Assembly: GCA_030141605.1 (NCBI GenBank)
Contig: JAQGDQ010000153.1
Location: 186,001 to 250,000 of the forward strand
Direction of reading: 5' to 3'
Length of the DNA: 64,000 nt
Source of the DNA: Tubiluchus corallicola
Lineage: Eukaryota; Animalia; Priapulida
In this document: positions 61,745 through 64,000 of the stretch, piece after piece
Layout: every line of letters begins with the position of its first letter
Numbering within the stretch: the first letter of the stretch is position 1
The notes under the pieces: model-generated
What the model was told of the DNA's origin: nothing
The model's input: the letters and a program-made list of their open reading frames with translations, nothing else
The model's database searches: none
Made by a program: the position numbers and the translations under genes

Positions 61745-64000
61745 AACTCTAACACTAACCCAATCCCTGAGATATTGAACAAAACGTGATTTTTTTTCGC
61801 ATACATGTAATACCATCATATATAAAGAGTGTTTCAATATGTACAAGTCATTATACTGCCAGTTAATAATTGATTTAAAATGTTTTCTTTTTATGTTGTG
61901 ACTGACTTGAATATTTTTGTTTGATTACGTGATTTTCTCTCCTAGCTAAAATTGTGAACTTTTTCCGGCCACCACAAATTAATTGTGACTTTTTCTTGTG
62001 ACTTTTTTCTGTGACCTTTTTCCTGTAACCTTAATAAAGGTCTCCATTCTACTGATAAACGACAATTTTGAATTCAAGCTTCTGCATCAAACCACGTTGT
62101 AGGCACTCCTTAGATTTTGTGCTACGATGTTTTTGATTTAAATTAACAGGATTAATAAAAACAATTCCGAAATTCGAAGCATTGGGTTATTCGACCGTAC
62201 AGCCATGCACGTACGCACATAAGTTTGGCTGGCACGTAAACTGCGCAAAGTTACATTTATAAGCATGGACGTGCTATGTTTCGTATGATGCGCTTCCATT
62301 ACTTCCTTATAAGAATACCATTTACCGTTGCCATGAATCCGTTTTTTTCGTAAATTTTCGTAAGCAACTTTATGTCACAATATAAGAGAACTGGCTAAAA
62401 ATTTATTTTATGAATGAGACCGACATCACGGCAAAATAAGTCTCTTTATAGAGTTGTTTCACAAGCGAGTAACTCCCAAAAGCGGTATTGGTCTTTATAA
62501 TGAGTTTTATGCATTTATATAACAAGCTATTTGGCCGAATTATTTAAAATGCTGTTTGGATTTAAAAAAAGTCAAACATTCTTCCGAGGTTAACCTAGTG
62601 AAATAATCATGGAAAAAACTCAAAGTGATTAAAAATGCGAAAATGACTTTGTCGAAATTCGTGAAGTGTAGAGTTTTTTGTGCCATGGTGTTCATACATT
62701 GTTTGCGAATGGTGTATTTATTAATGTGCTTAGCCCTCGGAAACCGTCTCAACCTCCACTATGTTTTGTGTTTGAATATGTGGTTCTTTTTGTACATTTG
62801 TACAGAGAATAGAGTCGGTAATCGGCAATCGTTTATTCACCACGTGCAGTTAATAACACAGTACAATATAATTTTAAACTGCAACACTAAAAATGTATAA
62901 TTACAATCCTGCGTTATTGATAGTATATATGAAATTAGGCTGTTTGTAAGCTGAAAGGAAAGAGTGAAAAATAAAAAGACACCACTTTCACTGTTTGAGC
63001 TGCGATTCTTTCTCTCCTGACTTTTCTAATTTATCTTTCTCACTAGTTAAGACACTAAAGCAAGCAAGTCAAATTCGTGATATTATAATTAACAGATACA
63101 TGAGAATTGTTTAATAATTGCTCTCTCAGCTCAATTCAGTTATTATTACATTGTTTGATCAATTACTTTTTCTGTAGCATTTATTGTGCGAACCAATCTT
63201 TACTAGTTGCAGCTTTTTTCCCATTGGCCTGCACGCCACCTGTTTGAAATTAAGCAGGAGAAAAACTTTTCTTACCGTTTCTGTAAATTTATAACAAATC
63301 TGAGTTGAAAAGCTAGGTAGAACATTAAACACAAAAAAATTAGTTTACTTGAAAACCTACCTAGGCCGTACTAGGTGTGCAAATAATAAAAAAGAAAATG
63401 TTGTTGCATTTATTTACAACTTTTTCATGTTTTTAGTTTTCAGATAAATAAATGAATAAATAAATATATAATTGAATAAATTAATGCTACTAAATTAAAT
63501 TAATCAATTTGTTCGGTCATTCATTAGTGTGGGCTGTTTTTGATACAATTTTAAGTTATTTGATAGAAATAAGCTTAGGTAAAGCGCAGTAGTCGCAATG
63601 GTAAAAATATGTAATTTAGGTAGATTTTTTTGTATTCATACGTACGTCTTGATGTACATACATTATACATACGTTATTGGCATTCAGAACAACTTAGGAT
63701 TGCATTTCCGAACGTCTGTTTCTTATCGCTTTTCCCCCTCCTCTTTATTTATGTCTGTTTGTCTGTCTACCTACTTGCTGTTTGCCTACCTGCCTGCCCG
63801 CTTACCTGCTTACCGGCGCCGTTGTAAATGAGAGGGAGCGAAACAACACACAGGCTAAATACAGACAGATGTGAAAGAAAACAGTGTTATTAAAACGCTA
63901 AAAGAGAACGGGGGAAAGAAATTCGACAATTCAAATTTTTCCAGTTTTTGGGTCTGGAAGTCTCAGATTACTGTAATTTCTTATATATGTTATATATCTT

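Noticed and set aside
61582-61846. Gln/Thr/Pro/Lys-rich ORFs
   Set aside because: Translations of the G/T-only tract.

Overview
AT-rich, intron-containing animal genomic DNA, most likely a non-vertebrate metazoan; the species cannot be determined from the sequence. Genes reconstructed by hand with phase-consistent exons, in order: (-) an intronless SAP-domain ORF leading into an intronless glycogenin reading frame interrupted by one -1 frameshift and one in-frame TAG and running off the left edge; (+) a small 4-exon AT-hook-like protein gene; (-) mitochondrial GrpE head-to-head with (+) DNALI1; (+) a TMED4/9-type p24alpha gene whose last intron holds a same-strand intronless GPCR; (+) NUBPL/Ind1 with a probable GC-AG intron; (-) a divergent Msx; and (-) two tandem intronless Asp3.32-bearing GPCRs. 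Introns and intergenic DNA contain Tigger/pogo, piggyBac (PGBD3/MER85-like), hAT, THAP-bearing and LINE relics. The most unusual element is the SAP-glycogenin chimera. It has a gag-pol-like layout with an in-phase U_UUU_UUA slippery heptamer and a UAG-G stop. It could be a recoded chimeric retrogene, a very young pseudogene or an assembly error, and the sequence alone cannot distinguish these.
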